Assembly: GCF_009914755.1 (NCBI RefSeq)
Contig: NC_060943.1
From: the human T2T-CHM13v2.0 reference genome, Homo sapiens
DNA length: 64,000 bases
Reading direction: 5' to 3' (one strand)
Shown one piece after another: positions 19,991 to 41,336 of the stretch. The translations under genes and the position numbers were made by a program. A model generated the notes under the pieces. That model saw only the letters and a program-made list of their open reading frames with translations, was not told the DNA's origin and ran no database searches. Numbering within the stretch: the first letter of the stretch is position 1; the number at the start of each line of letters is the position of its first letter.

Positions 19991-20210
19991 CTATTTTTCC
20001 TTCCTCGAGAAACTCAAAGAAGGCTGATCTGTATGTGATCCGCAATTGACTTTTCAGTCAGTGGTCCTTTGCTGTGACCCACAGGAGTGTGACATTCTAT
20101 GGATGGATTCTTCTCCCTGAGACCAGAACTTCATCTTTTGCATATGATCAGAGGCTTTTAGAGGCTCTGCATTACTTTTCGGATCAACACCATTACACAA
20201 GTTTAGCCTA

Positions 20211-20798
<588 letters not shown>

Positions 20799-21811
20799 TT
20801 ATTGATTTAGCAAGGAAAACAAATAGGCAAATATCAGTTTATGCTGGTGATGGGATCTAGTGATCTCTTACTTGACTTGGGTCTCTGATTTACTCAAATA
20901 ATGATAAAAATTGATTCTCCTCTAGATGGCAGAAAAACAAGAGGAGCTCCAGCCCACACAGGAGGTAGAAAGTAGAATCTATGCCACGTGGAGTCCAGTT
21001 TGAGTTCAGCCATAGGCACTGAGTGTCCTCCCACAAAGAAATGGCTCTCTATTATTTGAAGGGCACTCTTGTTGGCACTGCTGCCTGGAGCTACTGGACA
21101 CTGAGAGCGTGCATCTCAGACCAGAGTTCTAGGCCTGCATCACAGAGCGACGGAACAGCACAAAGGTTCTTTAGTGCGGAGAAGAGATAAAAAGGAGAAG
21201 GTGAGCCCTGACCCTCCTCCCACCATCCAGTCTAGCCAACCCCAGCAAATGTCTGAAACCAACCCAATCCCTTCACTGTTCTTTTTCCTTTTTCTTTTGA
21301 GACAGGGGTTTACTCTGTTGCCCAGGCTAGAATGCTGTGGCACGCCCAGGCTAGAATGCTGTGGCACGATCACGGCTCACTGCAGCCTCAACACCTCCAG
21401 GCTCAAGTGATCCTCCCACCTTAGCCTGCCAAGTAGCTGGGACTCTGGGACTACAGGTGCACAACACCACGCCCAGCTAATTTTTGATTTTTTATAGAGA
21501 CGGTCTTACTATGTTTCCCAGGCTGGTTTCAAACTCCAGGGCTCAAGCTATCTAGCCACCTCAGCCTCGAAAAGTGCTGGGATTTATAGGTGTGAACCAC
21601 CATGCCCAGCCCACTGTTCTTTTTTTAAACTCTAAAAAATATTATATCTTTTAGCTTTTTCTCTTTCCTTTCTTTTTTAGACAGGGTCTTGCTCTGTCAC
21701 CCAGGCTGGAGTGCAGTGGTATGATCACCACAGCATTGACATCCCGGCCTCAGGCGATCCTCCCACTTCAGCCTCCCAGTAGTTGGGACTACAGGCATGC
21801 GCCGCCACACC

Positions 21812-22264
21812 TGTTGGGAGCCGAAAAGGCCAAAGGGATCATGACCAACTCAGCGTTCCGCTGGAGACTATATTATCAAACTGCAAACTGTTTATCATGA
21901 ATGCAGGATGTGGGCACACTCACACTGCCCTGCCACCAAAAGGTTTGCTGAGGGCCTCACTCCCTGGCACCGGGCTCCTTGAAGTTATCTATTGAGAAAT
22001 CTAGCACCTATTGTTCGAAGAATGCAGTCTTGCAAGCCTGCTGTCAATCAAACTGCTGACCGACAACCCCCCACCGCTCTTGCTATCTCTTTTGCCTAAT
22101 AAATACGGAGGGCTGTGTAGGAGGACTGTGTAAAGCTCAGGGTCCTTGTCCACTAGAGGCAAGTGCCCCCTGACCCCTTCTTCCAAATATACTCTCTTGT
22201 CTTTGTCTTTTATTCCCTCGTTCACCCTCCTTTGTTCAGTCCCCCTAGGTCCGTGCCGGCTACA
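21812..22264 (+). mobile_element. HERV-K(HML-6) LTR3-type solo LTR, 453 bp, inserted in an antisense AluJ-like element
   Basis: Same family as 7707-8157; 6-bp TSD CACACC (21806-21811 / 22265-22270); Alu sequence resumes on both sides. Confidence 0.85.
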
Positions 22265-22657
22265 CACACCTAGTTAATTTTTTTTTTTTCCTGTGGAGAT
22301 GAGGTTCCACTATGTTGCCTAGGCTGGTCTCAAACACCTGGGTTCAAGGGATCCTTCCGCCTCTGTTTCCTAAACTGCTGGGATTATAGGCGTGAGCCAC
22401 TTGCATGTGGTCCCTTCACTCTTCTCTAAGCCTCCATCTATTCCATTTCCATCCCCTCATCATATCAAACATACCCTTTGGGCCGGGCACGGTGGCTCAC
22501 ACCTGTAATCCCAGTACTTTGGGAGGCTGAAGATGGGCAGATCACTTGAGGTCAGGAGTTCGAGACCATCCTGGGCAACATGGTGAAACCCCATCTCTAC
22601 TAAAAATACAAAAATTAGCTGGGTGTGGTGGTGCACACCTGTAGTCCCAGCTACTCA

Positions 22658-22813
<156 letters not shown>

Positions 22814-23247
22814 TTATTCCACATGTAACTGAGATCTCATATGAGTCTAGCATCACTCTTAGAGAGCTAGACTTTAACCTCATTAATCTATCATCCTGAA
22901 AGTCCATCGTTTTCCCACAAATGTTTGCTAATTCCCAGGGATTTATACTCTCAGGATCTACTATGTCCTCTATTCAAGCTTTCTTGTAAAACTTGTCTTT
23001 GCTTTAAATTAACACAGCTTTTCTTTCTAGTAGCCCCCAAAAAACCACATTCACAGAAAAGCCTCACTTAGCCATTTGGCCTTTTTTTATTCATTTTTAT
23101 TTTGAGACAGAGTCTCACTCTGTCACCCAGGCTGTGGTGCAGGGGTGGATCATAGCTCACTATAGCCTCAAACTCCTGGGCTCAAGGGATCCTCCTACCT
23201 TAGCCTTCTGAGTAGGTAGGATTACAGATGTATGCCACCAGGCCCAG

Positions 23248-23923
<676 letters not shown>

Positions 23924-24910
23924 CCCAGCTAGTTTTTTTGTTTTTTGTTTTGTTTTGTTTTTGGAGACAGGGTCTCGCTCTGTCACCCAGGCTGGATTAC
24001 AATGGTGGGATCATAGCTCAACCTCCTGGGCTCAAGTGACACTCCTGTCTCAGCCTCCTGAGTAGCTGGGAACACAGGCACACACCACCATGCCTGGCTA
24101 ATTTTTGAATTTTTTTGTGGAGACGAAGTCTCACCATGTTGCCCAGGCTGTTCTCAAACCCCAGGGTCAAGTGATCCTCCTGCCTTGGCCTCTCAAAATG
24201 TTGGGATTACAGGCATGAGCCACCATATTGGGCCTTTTTTTTAAGAGAGAGATGGGGTCTTACTATGTTGTCCAGGTTGGCCTCAAACTTCTGGCCACAA
24301 GTGATCCTCCTGCCTTGGACTCTCAAACAGTTGGGATTACAGGTGTGAGCCACCGTGCCCAACCCTGGCCTTTATTAAAGACACTGCATGGCTGACACAC
24401 AAGGAAAGAGATGCCATCCAGCTCCATGGGAAACAGTTTCGTAACCTTATTGTAATTATTTTTCTTCCAGTCCCTTCTGGGCTGCTCTTGCATTGGGGGC
24501 TTGAAGCTCTTCCCTTCTACCTGTGCAGCCCCTTACCCTGCTGTCCTGCTCTTCTCTGTCCTGGTTCCTCTCTCCCTCAACATTTTATGTTCTCCATCTA
24601 TATAGGTCAATTTTCTCCCAAATCTATTCTCCAATTTGTACACTTAAACTCATTTTGATTTGGAGAATGTGAGTCTTCCCTTTAACATAATTGTGTCCCT
24701 TATGAGAGCAGTTAGTTTTAAATGGCAACATTATTTTGTTGCTTTAAGTTTTTTTTTTTTTTTTCCTAGGAATCTTAGCTCTGCAGGGTTCTTTGAGCTT
24801 TTAAAAACTACTTTATGGCCGGGCACGGTGGCTCATGCCTGTAATCCCAGCACTTCGGGAGGCCGAGGCGGGTGGATCACGAGGTCAGGAGATCGAGACC
24901 ATCCTAGCTA

Positions 24911-25139
<229 letters not shown>

Positions 25140-25419
25140 TCATGCCTGTAATACCAGCATTTTGGGAGGCCTAGGTGGCTGGATCACCTGACGTTGGGAG
25201 TTCGAGACCAGCCTGACCAACACAGTGAAACCCCATCTCTACTAAAAATACAAAATCAGCCAGACGTGGTGGCACATGCCTGTAATCCCAGCTACTTGGC
25301 AGGAGAATTGCTTGAACCCATGAGGTGGAGGTTGTAGTGAGCTGAGATCATGCATTGCTCTCCAGCCTGGGCAACAAGAGCAAAACTCCACCTCAAAAGA
25401 GAAAGACAGAAAGAAAGAA

Positions 25420-27270
<1,851 letters not shown>

Positions 27271-27287
27271 TATTATTTTGTTTTTGA

Positions 27288-27508
<221 letters not shown>

Positions 27509-27626
27509 TAGCCTCACCTCAATCTCCTGGACCGAACCAATCCTCCCACCTCAGCCTCCCAAGTACAGTAGCTGGGACCGCAGGCAGATGCCACTATACC
27601 CAGCTTATTTATTTATTTATGTTTGA

Positions 27627-27791
<165 letters not shown>

Positions 27792-27978
27792 TAGACGGGG
27801 TTTTTCCATGTTGGTCAGGCTCGTCTCGAACGCCCAACCTCAGATGATCCGCCACCTCGGCCTCCCAAAGTGCTGGGATTACAGGAGTGAGCCACCGCGC
27901 CCGGCTATTTCTATATTTTGAGACGGAGTCCCGCTCTATTGCCCAGGCTGGTGTGCAGTGATGTGTGATCTCAGCTCA

Positions 27979-28255
<277 letters not shown>

Positions 28256-28622
28256 TCAAGGTTGCTTGAAGAAGATATAAGACTCCGGTGTCAGGTCCAA
28301 CAGACTTTATTACTGACAACACAGCAAAGAAGCAAAAACTTGATACTCACGTCAATCCCCTTGCACTTCAAGTCCAACAGGACTGATGAGAAAGGGTCTG
28401 GACAGATGCTTTGCATACAGTGAGTGTGTAATGCAGTGAGTGTGTGCCAGAATGAAGAATCCTGAGCTTATAAAGCAATCTTTTAAGAGGGCCACAGGAA
28501 GACCTCCCCAACCTTTGCTTCTGACATATGCATCATTATATATATTTTTTACAGTGGTTAGGCAACAAATCTGCCTCTGGCCATGGGGACTCGCTGTTGC
28601 TATCTTCCTAAACCGTTTGCTA

Positions 28623-28966
<344 letters not shown>

Positions 28967-29013
28967 TCATGCCTGTAATCCCAGCACATTGGGAGGCCGA
29001 GATGGGCAGATCA

Positions 29014-29334
<321 letters not shown>

Positions 29335-29920
29335 TTATCTACCAACATAGTGTACATTTCCCTTTAATACACGGGAATAGTCAATCTTCTGAACAAAAAG
29401 ATCCCCTGGCTGGGCACGGTGGCTCATGCCTGTCATCTCAGCACTTTGGGAGGCTGAGACAGGCAGATTGCTTGAGTCCGGGAGTTTGAGACCATCCTGG
29501 GTAGGGTAGAGAGAACTACTCAGGCTGAGTGAGCTTCTAGACAGGACAAATAAAAAGAGCATTGCAAGTAGGGTTTTACAGGGGGGTCACTTGACAAGGC
29601 AAATAATGACAATTTCCTGGGACTGGGACTTTGAAGGGACTCCAGCCCTGTTCTCCTCCTGCCAATGGTTGCCAGGTTGCTGTTCCTCTCTGACGGAGAC
29701 TGCTGGCTTTCAAGTCTACCGTGGATCAGTGGAGGGACAATGAAATAGGGCAAGTTAAAAAAAAACCCACAAAGCTTGCTATTCTTCCCAAGATTCAGCT
29801 GTTTTCCTTGAAAGCGATGAATATCATCCCTAGATTGCTGCAAACTCTTAGTTAATTTCCAAAGATTAAAAAAAAAAAACTGTAACCCCAGCATTTTGGA
29901 AGGCCGAGGCAAGCGGATCA

Positions 29921-30980
<1,060 letters not shown>

Positions 30981-31250
30981 TTGCAACTTCCACTTTCCAT
31001 TCAACATATATCGTCCCCATTTCTCTTACTCCATACATACAGATCTAAGTGGTTTTTATGAAAGTTCTTTAATAATCCATAGTTGGTATGTCCGATATTT
31101 TATGCAATAATCTATCAAATAGTGGACTTTCCTATTTTACATATGTAGAAACTGAGGATCAGGGCCGGGCACAGTGGCTCACACCTGTAATCCCAGCACT
31201 TTGGGAGGCCAAGGCGGATCACTTGAGCCCAGGAGTTCGAGACCAGCCTA

Positions 31251-31609
<359 letters not shown>

Positions 31610-31734
31610 TTAGGAAAGCCCAAGACCCAACATCAGGAATGTCTCCTAGTCCCAGAATCTCTTGCATTTGTACACCCCACCCCACTATGAACTCAGGCAT
31701 AGTAAAATAATCCAAAATCCCCCATCAAATATTT

Positions 31735-31800
31735 TATATATATACATATATATGTGTGTGTATATATATATATATACACATATATATGTGTGTGTGTGTG

Positions 31801-31836
<36 letters not shown>

Positions 31837-31850
31837 CACATATATATGTA
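31735..31850. repeat. Compound (TA)n/(TG)n microsatellite
   Basis: Read directly from the sequence. Confidence 0.95.
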
Positions 31851-32747
31851 TTTCTATTTTATTTTAATTTTTTTTGAGACAGGGTCTTGGCTGTTGCCCA
31901 GGCTAGAGTGTAGTGGTGTGATCATGGCTCACTGCAGCCTCGATCTCTTGGGCTCAAGTGATCCTCTTGCCTCTGCCTCCTGAGTACTACAGGGATATAC
32001 CTGATGTACTACAGGCATGTGCCACCACTCCCGGCTAAACTTTCTTTCTTTTTTGCAGTGACAGGGGTCTTGCTATGTTACCCAGGCTGGTCTTTACCTC
32101 CTGGCTTCAAGCAATCCTTCCTCCTTGGACTCTCAAAGTGTTCAGATTACAAGCATGAGCCACCACCACACCTGGATTGTATCATTATATTAAAGCTGAG
32201 TTTTAGTCAAGCAAGCCTTTGGAGTCAGACTGCCCAGGTTCAAATTCCAGCACCCGATGAGTGGGGTGGCTCCTGTTTGTAACCCCAGCACTTTGGGAAG
32301 CCAAGGCAGGTGGATCATTTGAACCCAGGAGTTTGAGACGAGCCTGGGCAACACAGTGAGACCCCAGGGGTCTCTACAAAAATTAAAAAATTACCCGGGC
32401 ATGGTCACACATGCCTTTAGTCTTAGCTACCGGGCATTGGGGGGGCCGAGGTGAGAGGACCACTTGAGCCTGGGAGATCAAGACTGCACTGAGCACAGAA
32501 CAGATTGCGTCCCTACACTCCCAGCCTAGGCAACAAGGCAAGACCCTGTCTCAAACAAACAAACAAATTCCAGCACCACTATTACCATCTATGAGAACTT
32601 GGACAAATTCCTAAAGTTCTCTATGCCTCGGTTTCCTCATCCATTAAATTAGGATGATGCTGCTACTTTACATATATCATAGAGTTATTGTCAGGGTTAA
32701 ATGAATTAATTTACTGAATACACTTTACTGTAGCTATTATCACTGGC

Positions 32748-32846
32748 ATTGATCTGTATAGGTATTGATTTGTATAGGTATTGATCTGTATAGGTATTGA
32801 TCTGTATAGGTATTGATCTGTATAGGTATTGATTTGTATAGGTATT
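32748..32846. repeat. Minisatellite: 6 x 16 bp (ATTGAT[C/T]TGTATAGGT)
   Basis: Copies start at 32748, 32764, 32780, 32796, 32812 and 32828. Confidence 0.96.
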
Positions 32847-33241
32847 TGTTAAATACTTATTAAAGTTTGCAGTTTTGTTTTGCATTTTGGAATCCATAAT
32901 TTGTTTTTATTTTGTTTCTGAGATTTATAATGCCTCATTTAAGCCTCTGAAAATTCCTAGGCCCTAAGCACTTCAAAGGCCACCAGCCCAACATCCCAAG
33001 CAGCCTGACACCAAGACAGGCACGCATAGCTAAAAAGATCCCTAGCCTCAGAGACCTTGGGGCTGAGAGGAGTCCTGGGAATAGGGAGGGCTGGGACTGA
33101 AATATTCAACCCCATCCCCACTTTTATGAGCAGCAGTTTCCTAACTGCAGTGGGTAAGGGTATTTGAAATAGATGCTGGGCCGGGCACGGTGGCTCACAC
33201 CTGTAATCCCAGCGCTCTGGGAAGTCCAAGTGGGCGGATCA

Positions 33242-33460
<219 letters not shown>

Positions 33461-33489
33461 TCAAAAAAAAGGCCGGGTGCGGTGGCTCA

Positions 33490-33831
<342 letters not shown>

Positions 33832-34047
33832 TCAGCCTAGCCCTTCAAGTAGCAGAATAAAGGAGGAAAGAGCATCCCAGGCCTTCCCATCCCCATTCAA
33901 CTCCCTCAGTTAGAGTGGTCCTAAGATTGCGGTGGGGGGGTAGGGCTGTGTTGAAGAGGTTAAAAACAGAGATTAGTCAGATCCAATCCTGCTCCCACTC
34001 TATGGAGGAAACAAATTCGAATACATAGTCACAGCCCAGGCTCTGGG

Positions 34048-34147
34048 ATTGAGAGACAGAGAGAGAGATTGGATTGGAGAGAGAGAGAGAGAGAGATGGG
34101 ATTGGAGAGACAGAGAGATAGATGGGACTGGAGAGACAGAGAGAGGG
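34048..34147. repeat. GA-rich simple repeat
   Basis: gagagacagagagagagattggattgga repeated imperfectly. Confidence 0.85.
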
Positions 34148-34759
34148 GTTCTGTGGCTCTGGAAGCCTAGAGAACAGAGCCTGAAGACAGAGAGGAAAGG
34201 GAGTAAAGGGGAGGCATTTATGCAGAGATCTCAGAAGTGAATATGAAAGGCACCCCTAGCAGAACGCACAGCTTGGGCAAGGAGGCTTGCTGGCATGAAA
34301 ACGCAAGAAGTGCTCAGGCAGCTGTAATTCTCCAGGACATCAGATAAAAGGTAAAAAACAGATGGGAGACGCGCCTAGACAGGGTATTGAATACCAGCCC
34401 GAGGGGCTTGGGTTTCATCCAAACAGCAAGGCAACTGAGCTCAACACAGTGAGACTCGGTCTCCACAAACATTTTTTTAAAAATTGGCCGGGCCTAGCGG
34501 CGCGCGCCGATAGTCCCAGCTATTTCTGCAGGCTGAGGCGAGAGGATCATTTGAGCTCGGGGAGGTCCAGGCGGCAGTGAGCCAAGATCCTGCCACTGCA
34601 CTACAGTCTGGGCAACAGAGCGAGACCCTGTCTTTAAAAAAGTAAAAAAAAAAAAAAAAAAAAAAGAAAGAAAAAGAAAAAAGAGAGAAGGGCAAGTCGC
34701 TCCCTTCTCTGGGCCTTGGCATAAATCAAGCACAAATCAAAGTCTCACTCCCTCCTCCT

Positions 34760-35800
<1,041 letters not shown>

Positions 35801-37487
35801 GGGTTTCGACTGCTGGGCCAAGTGGGGACCGAGAGGCGAAGGCCTGCCATCCTAATTCCTGCTCTTCCTCCGCCTCTCATTTTGGTTTAGGTGTCCTAAG
35901 AGGACGGGGACGCAAAAACACCCCCCCACCAAAGGTGGGGACTAGCCAAGTTTAGGAGCGAATTAGGTTGTAGAAACCCGCCTCCCCATCTCCCCGGATC
36001 CTCCCATTGACCAGGATAGGGGTTGAGGGATTTGCTAAGCAGATGAACATTTATTTATTTCTTTTTTTTGAGACAGTCTCTGTGTCGCCCAGGCTGGGGC
36101 TGGGGAGCAGTGGCGCGATCTCGGCTCAGTGCAACCTCTGCATACCGGGTTCAAACCATCCTCGCCCCTCAGCTCCCTAATTAGCTGCGATTACCGGCGC
36201 GAGCCACCACGCCCGACTAATTTTTGTATTTTTAGCAGAGACGGGGTTTCACCATGTTGGCCAGGCTTGGTCGGGAACTCTTGACCTCAAGCGATCCACC
36301 CGCCTCGGCCTCCCAAAGTGTTGGAATTACAGGCGTGAGCCACCGCGCCCAGCCCGGATGAACATTCCTGGTTATGGGATGAGGTGACCCAAGGCTCTGA
36401 GCCGGGCTGGTGTGGGATTGAGAACAGTTAGAACTGCAAGTCCACCTCCCACCTGCTGTGTGACCTTGTGCAAATTACTTCACCGCTTTGGGTCTCTGTG
36501 TTCCATAAAATATGGGCTAATTGTAGTCCTGGTCTTGCTGGAGGGACTTGTGAGGGACTGAACGAATTATGACACAAATAAAAAGTAGAATGGTGTCAGG
36601 CCTGTTGTAAGGGCTCGATAAATATTAGCTGTAATTATTGGGAGTGGTGATTAAAGAGGTCCCATCCTCCCTTTAGGTCTGTTTTCCCATTTATAAAATT
36701 GGACAAGGTGCACTGGGTAACCTGCCAAACGTGGGTCTCGCCTCCTAGGTTCCTGGTATATCACTGTTTCTGGTGGCATACAGGTTGTGGTTGTATTCCC
36801 GGCCCTTCCACTTGTTACTGATTGACAAGGGCAAGTTAGTTAATCTCTCTAGGCCTGTTTCCTCTTCTCTTTAATGGGGTTAATTACCTAGTTCATAGGG
36901 CGGTTGTATGAATTCTTTTGTTCAGTAAATATATGCCATGTATGAGATATGATGCTGGGGATATAGTGGAGACACCAGTTGCTATACAGGATCCAGATGT
37001 GAAACAGGTCAGCAGAGCTGAATAGATGAGTGTTTGAAAAGTGATGGGAAGGAAACAAATAGGATGTAGTGGTAGCGAATCCATATTGAATTGGGCCTCT
37101 ATTCTGTGCAGGGCGCTGTTCTAAGCACTGGTATATAGCAGGAACAAGACAGAAAAAACTCTAGGCCTTGGGGAGTTTATTTTGTAGTGAGGAGAGACAG
37201 ACAATAAACAGAGTATACTGGGGATAAGCATTAGGGAGACAAATAAAAATAAGAGAGATGGGGTATATATAGGGCATGCAGTTTTAAAGTGTGGTCAGGG
37301 GAGGCCTTGTTGAGATCCTGTTTGAGAACACGCCTGAAAGCAGAGGGCACAGCAAGTACAAAGTGGGGTGGGGCAGATCCATTTTAAGAAGGCCAATCAG
37401 GCAAGGCCCCTCTGAGGATGCAGAGTTTGAGAAGAGATTGAAAGAAGGTGGGGGAGAGCCTCCCAGGAAGAGGGAACAGATATGTAA

Positions 37488-37625
<138 letters not shown>

Positions 37626-37943
37626 TGAGTAGCTGGGACTACAGACGCAGGCCACCACGCCTGGCTGATTTTTGTGTGTGTGTTTTTAGAAGAGACTGGG
37701 TTTCCCGGTGTTGGCCAGGCTGGTCTCAGACTCCTGATCTCAGGTGATCCTCCTGCCTCGGCCTCCGAAAGTGCTGGAATTACAGGCGTGAGCCACTATG
37801 CCCGGCCAGTTTTTTGTTTTTTTTAACTCCAGGATCACTTCCTTCAGCTATCTATCCTCCCATCTTTTCATTCATCCATCCATCCACTAACCAGCAGACA
37901 TTTGTAGGGAGATGTCTTTGTGCCAGGATCAGAGCTAGGCAGC

Positions 37944-38091
37944 TTACCGGTTTATTCTAAAGAATATTGCAAAGGATACAGATGAAGACACATGCAGGGT
38001 GAGGTGTGGGGGAAGTTGTGTGGAGCTTCCATGCCCTCCCTAGGCATTCCACCCCCCAGGAACCGCGAGGTGTTCATCTGTCTGGAAGCTC
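37944..38091 (-). mobile_element. MER21-type LTR fragment (copy 1)
   Basis: Shares the core aaggatacagatgaaga...ggagcttccatgccctc with the other three copies. Confidence 0.7.
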
Positions 38092-40504
38092 CTATGGCTG
38101 CTTTTGTGCTACAGCCCAGAGTTGCATGGTTGTAACAGAGATGGCCGCAAAGCTTCAAATATTTGCTGTCTAACCCTTTGCAGGGAAAAAATTGCTGACC
38201 TCTGACTTAAACCATCTGCGTAACAAATTATTGGGTGCTTGCTCTATGTTAGGTACAGTACAGAGGAATATCACTGACGATCTTACTGAATTCTCACAAT
38301 CACTCTTTGAAGTAGGTCCTGTCCTTGTCCACATTTTCCAGATGAGGAAACTGAAGCACCATAAATAACATGGCCAAAGCTGTGCAGCTGAGAAATGAAG
38401 GAGCCAGGAAAGGAAGTAGGACCTAAGGGTGGAATAGAATCTGGGGTGGGACACACGGTTGCTGATTATATTCATATGCCAGACATTTTAATTGTGTCTG
38501 AGACAGTTCAGGATACTAGAAGGAACATGGGACATGAAATCCTGTAGTCTTGATTTATTTGTTCAGCAAATATTTATCAGCACCTCCTGTGTGCCAGACT
38601 CTGTTTTAGATACTAGACATACAGTAGGGAACAAAACAGCAAAGCTGCCCTTGTGGGGTTTACATTCTGGTTTGGGAGACAGATAGTAGATCTGTAGTGG
38701 GATGTCAGTGGCAGTAATTGCTAAGAAGAAAAATTGCTGGACGTGGTGGCTCAAGCCTAATTGTAACACTTTGGTTTTATTTTATTTTATTTTTTTTGAG
38801 ACAGAGTCTCACTCTGTCGTCCAGGCCGTCTCTGCTCATTGCAACCTCCGCCTCCCGGGTTCAAGTGATTCTCCTGCCTCAGCCTCCTGAGTGGCTAGGA
38901 TTAGAGGCGCCCACCACCACATCCAGCTAATTTTTGTATTTTTAGTAGAGAGTGGGTTTCACCATGTTGGCCAGGCTGGTCTCAAACTCCCTGCCCGCCT
39001 CTGCCTCCCAAAGTGCTGGGATTACAGGCATGAGCCACCACCCCTGGCCAATTCTAGCACTTTGGAAGGCCAAGGTGAAAGGATCGCTTGAGCCCAGGAG
39101 TTTAAGACCAGCCTGGGCAACAAAGTGAGACCCTGTCTCTACCAAAAAAAAAAAAAAAATTAGCTGGTGTGATGACACAGGCCTTGGTCCCAGCTGCTCA
39201 GGAGACTGAGGTCGGAGGATTGCTTGAACCAGGGAGATCGAGGCTGCGGTGAGAGCCTGGGCGACAGCAAGACCCTGTCTCCAAAAAAAAAAAAAAAAAA
39301 AAAAAAGAACAAAATAAGACAGGTACAGGGAATAGAGCAAGCACCTGGGGCTGCTTTGTTAGATAGGGAGGTTAGAGAAAGCTGCTCTGAGGAAGTGATG
39401 TTGAACAAGGATTTGAATGAAATGAACAGGTCGTGGAAGAGCAGTCTGGGCAGAGGGAATAGTTGGTACAAAGGCCAGGAGTGGGAGGATGCTTGATGCG
39501 TTCAAAGCACAGCAAAAAGGCCAGTGTGACTGAGGCAGAGAGAATGGCAAAGTGGTGGGAGGTGAGGACTAGACCAGGACTAGATCAAGTGAGGCCTGTG
39601 GGCCAAGGTGAAGGCCTTGAAGATGGGAGGGAGGAGGAGGAATTGCAAGGCTTTCAGTAGTAATTATGGGTTCTGGTATAATTTTAAAGGATCCTTCCTC
39701 TGGCTGTCATAGGGGTTGGGCCCTGTTGAGGTGCCATTACAAAGCACCCAGGACCAGTGTTAGCATGCAGGGGGGAAGTATGGTTACAGTCAGGACATGT
39801 TGAGGGGGGCTGATGGGATTTGCTGGTGGGTAATGTAGAGGGAAGAGTTGAGGGTGACTGAAGTTTGAACCCCCGCTCTGCCAGTTGTGCTCTCTGTGTG
39901 CCCCTGGAGCAGTACTTTCCCCTCTTTGGACCCAGATTCCTCATCTGCAAAATGGGGATAATGATGAAGAATCAGCGTGTGCCTGGTTGTGAAGATGCAG
40001 TGAAATTGGCTTGCTCATTGTTCTGCGGTAGTCATATGGTGGGGATTGAGCAGACCTGAGGAAATGGGGCATCTGGGGAACCGTGTGGGACCAAGTCAGC
40101 AAGTGCTAAAGCCTGGGTTGGGAATACACTGGGCTGTTTGTTTTTTTGGTTACTATCAAGGAAGCAGTTGTGACAAGCCAGGCCCAGTGAGAATGGATCA
40201 GTAGACTAGGGTCAGATTGTGTTGGGCCTTGTAGGCCAGAGTAAGGCCTTAGCTTTTATTCTGAATGTGCAGGGAAAACATACTACATGTGGGATTATAC
40301 CATATACATTCATATTATGGAAGGCTCCATGGGTTGAATGCAGGGTGGATCTTCAAAAGTGGGTCCCCTTTCCACAGGTGCATATAGTGGGAAGGCGGAT
40401 TTTATTTATTAACTCACCACAGAGCAGGCTCTGTGCCGAGGCCTGCTGGGACACAGAGAGTCCCAGTCTAGGGTGGTAAGTGCTGTCATGGAACCATATG
40501 GGTG

Positions 40505-41336
40505 GACTCTTTGGAAAATCCCAATTCCTATTCTCTCACTTAACACAACAATCAACAACACAGAAGAAGACTTCCGTGACTAAATGTGTGTTGGGGTGGG
40601 GAGGGATTCTTCACCACCACTAAGCAAGCATTCAGTTCTGCAGCACACGCCAACTGGATGTCCTCCAATTCAGTTCAGACACGACCTGGAGACAGTGTTG
40701 GATCCAACAGGTTGAGGGCTCAGGCCTCAAAACTGCCCCTTGGCCCTCGCCTTCAGTTGCCATTCTGGGTCGTCAGAACTTCTGATCTACCTGCTTCAAG
40801 TTGGAGTTCCCATGACCACCCTGCCTTTGGGTTTGATTAATATGCTAGAGCAGCTCTCAGAACTCAGGGAAACATGTAAGTTTATCAGTTCATTATAAAG
40901 GATAGTATAAAGAATACAGATGAAGAGAGGCATAGGGTGAGCTATGGGGGAAGGGGTGTGGAGCTTCCATGCCCTTCTTGGGTGCACCACCCTCCAGGAA
41001 CCTCTGTGTGTTCGGCTATGTTGAAGTTCCCAGGCCCTGTCCTTTTGGGTTTTTATAAAGGCATTGTTAGGTAGGCAGGATTGATTAAACCTGGTGATCA
41101 CCTTGACCTTCAGCCCCTCTCCGATCCCTGGAGGTTGTGGGGTGGGACTGAAAATCCCAACCCTCTAATCATGCCTCTCTGTTTTCCATGACTATCTTTC
41201 CAGTGACCATGGACCCCATCCTGAAGGTATCAGTCAACATTAGCATACAAAAAGCGCCTTGGAGATTCCAAAGATTTGAGGAGTTGTATGCAAGGAAATG
41301 GGGATGAAGCCCAAATCTGTATCTCACAGTATCACA
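40505..41336 (-). mobile_element. MER21-type LTR, near full length (copy 2)
   Basis: Minus strand begins TGTGATACTGTGAGATACAGATTTGGGCTTCATCCCC, like MER21 consensus starts; contains the shared core. Confidence 0.75.

Noticed and set aside
21320-21367. 24-bp tandem duplication inside an Alu (a 16-bp repeat also occurs at 43975/44001)
   Set aside because: Ordinary slippage events in repeats with no evident consequence.
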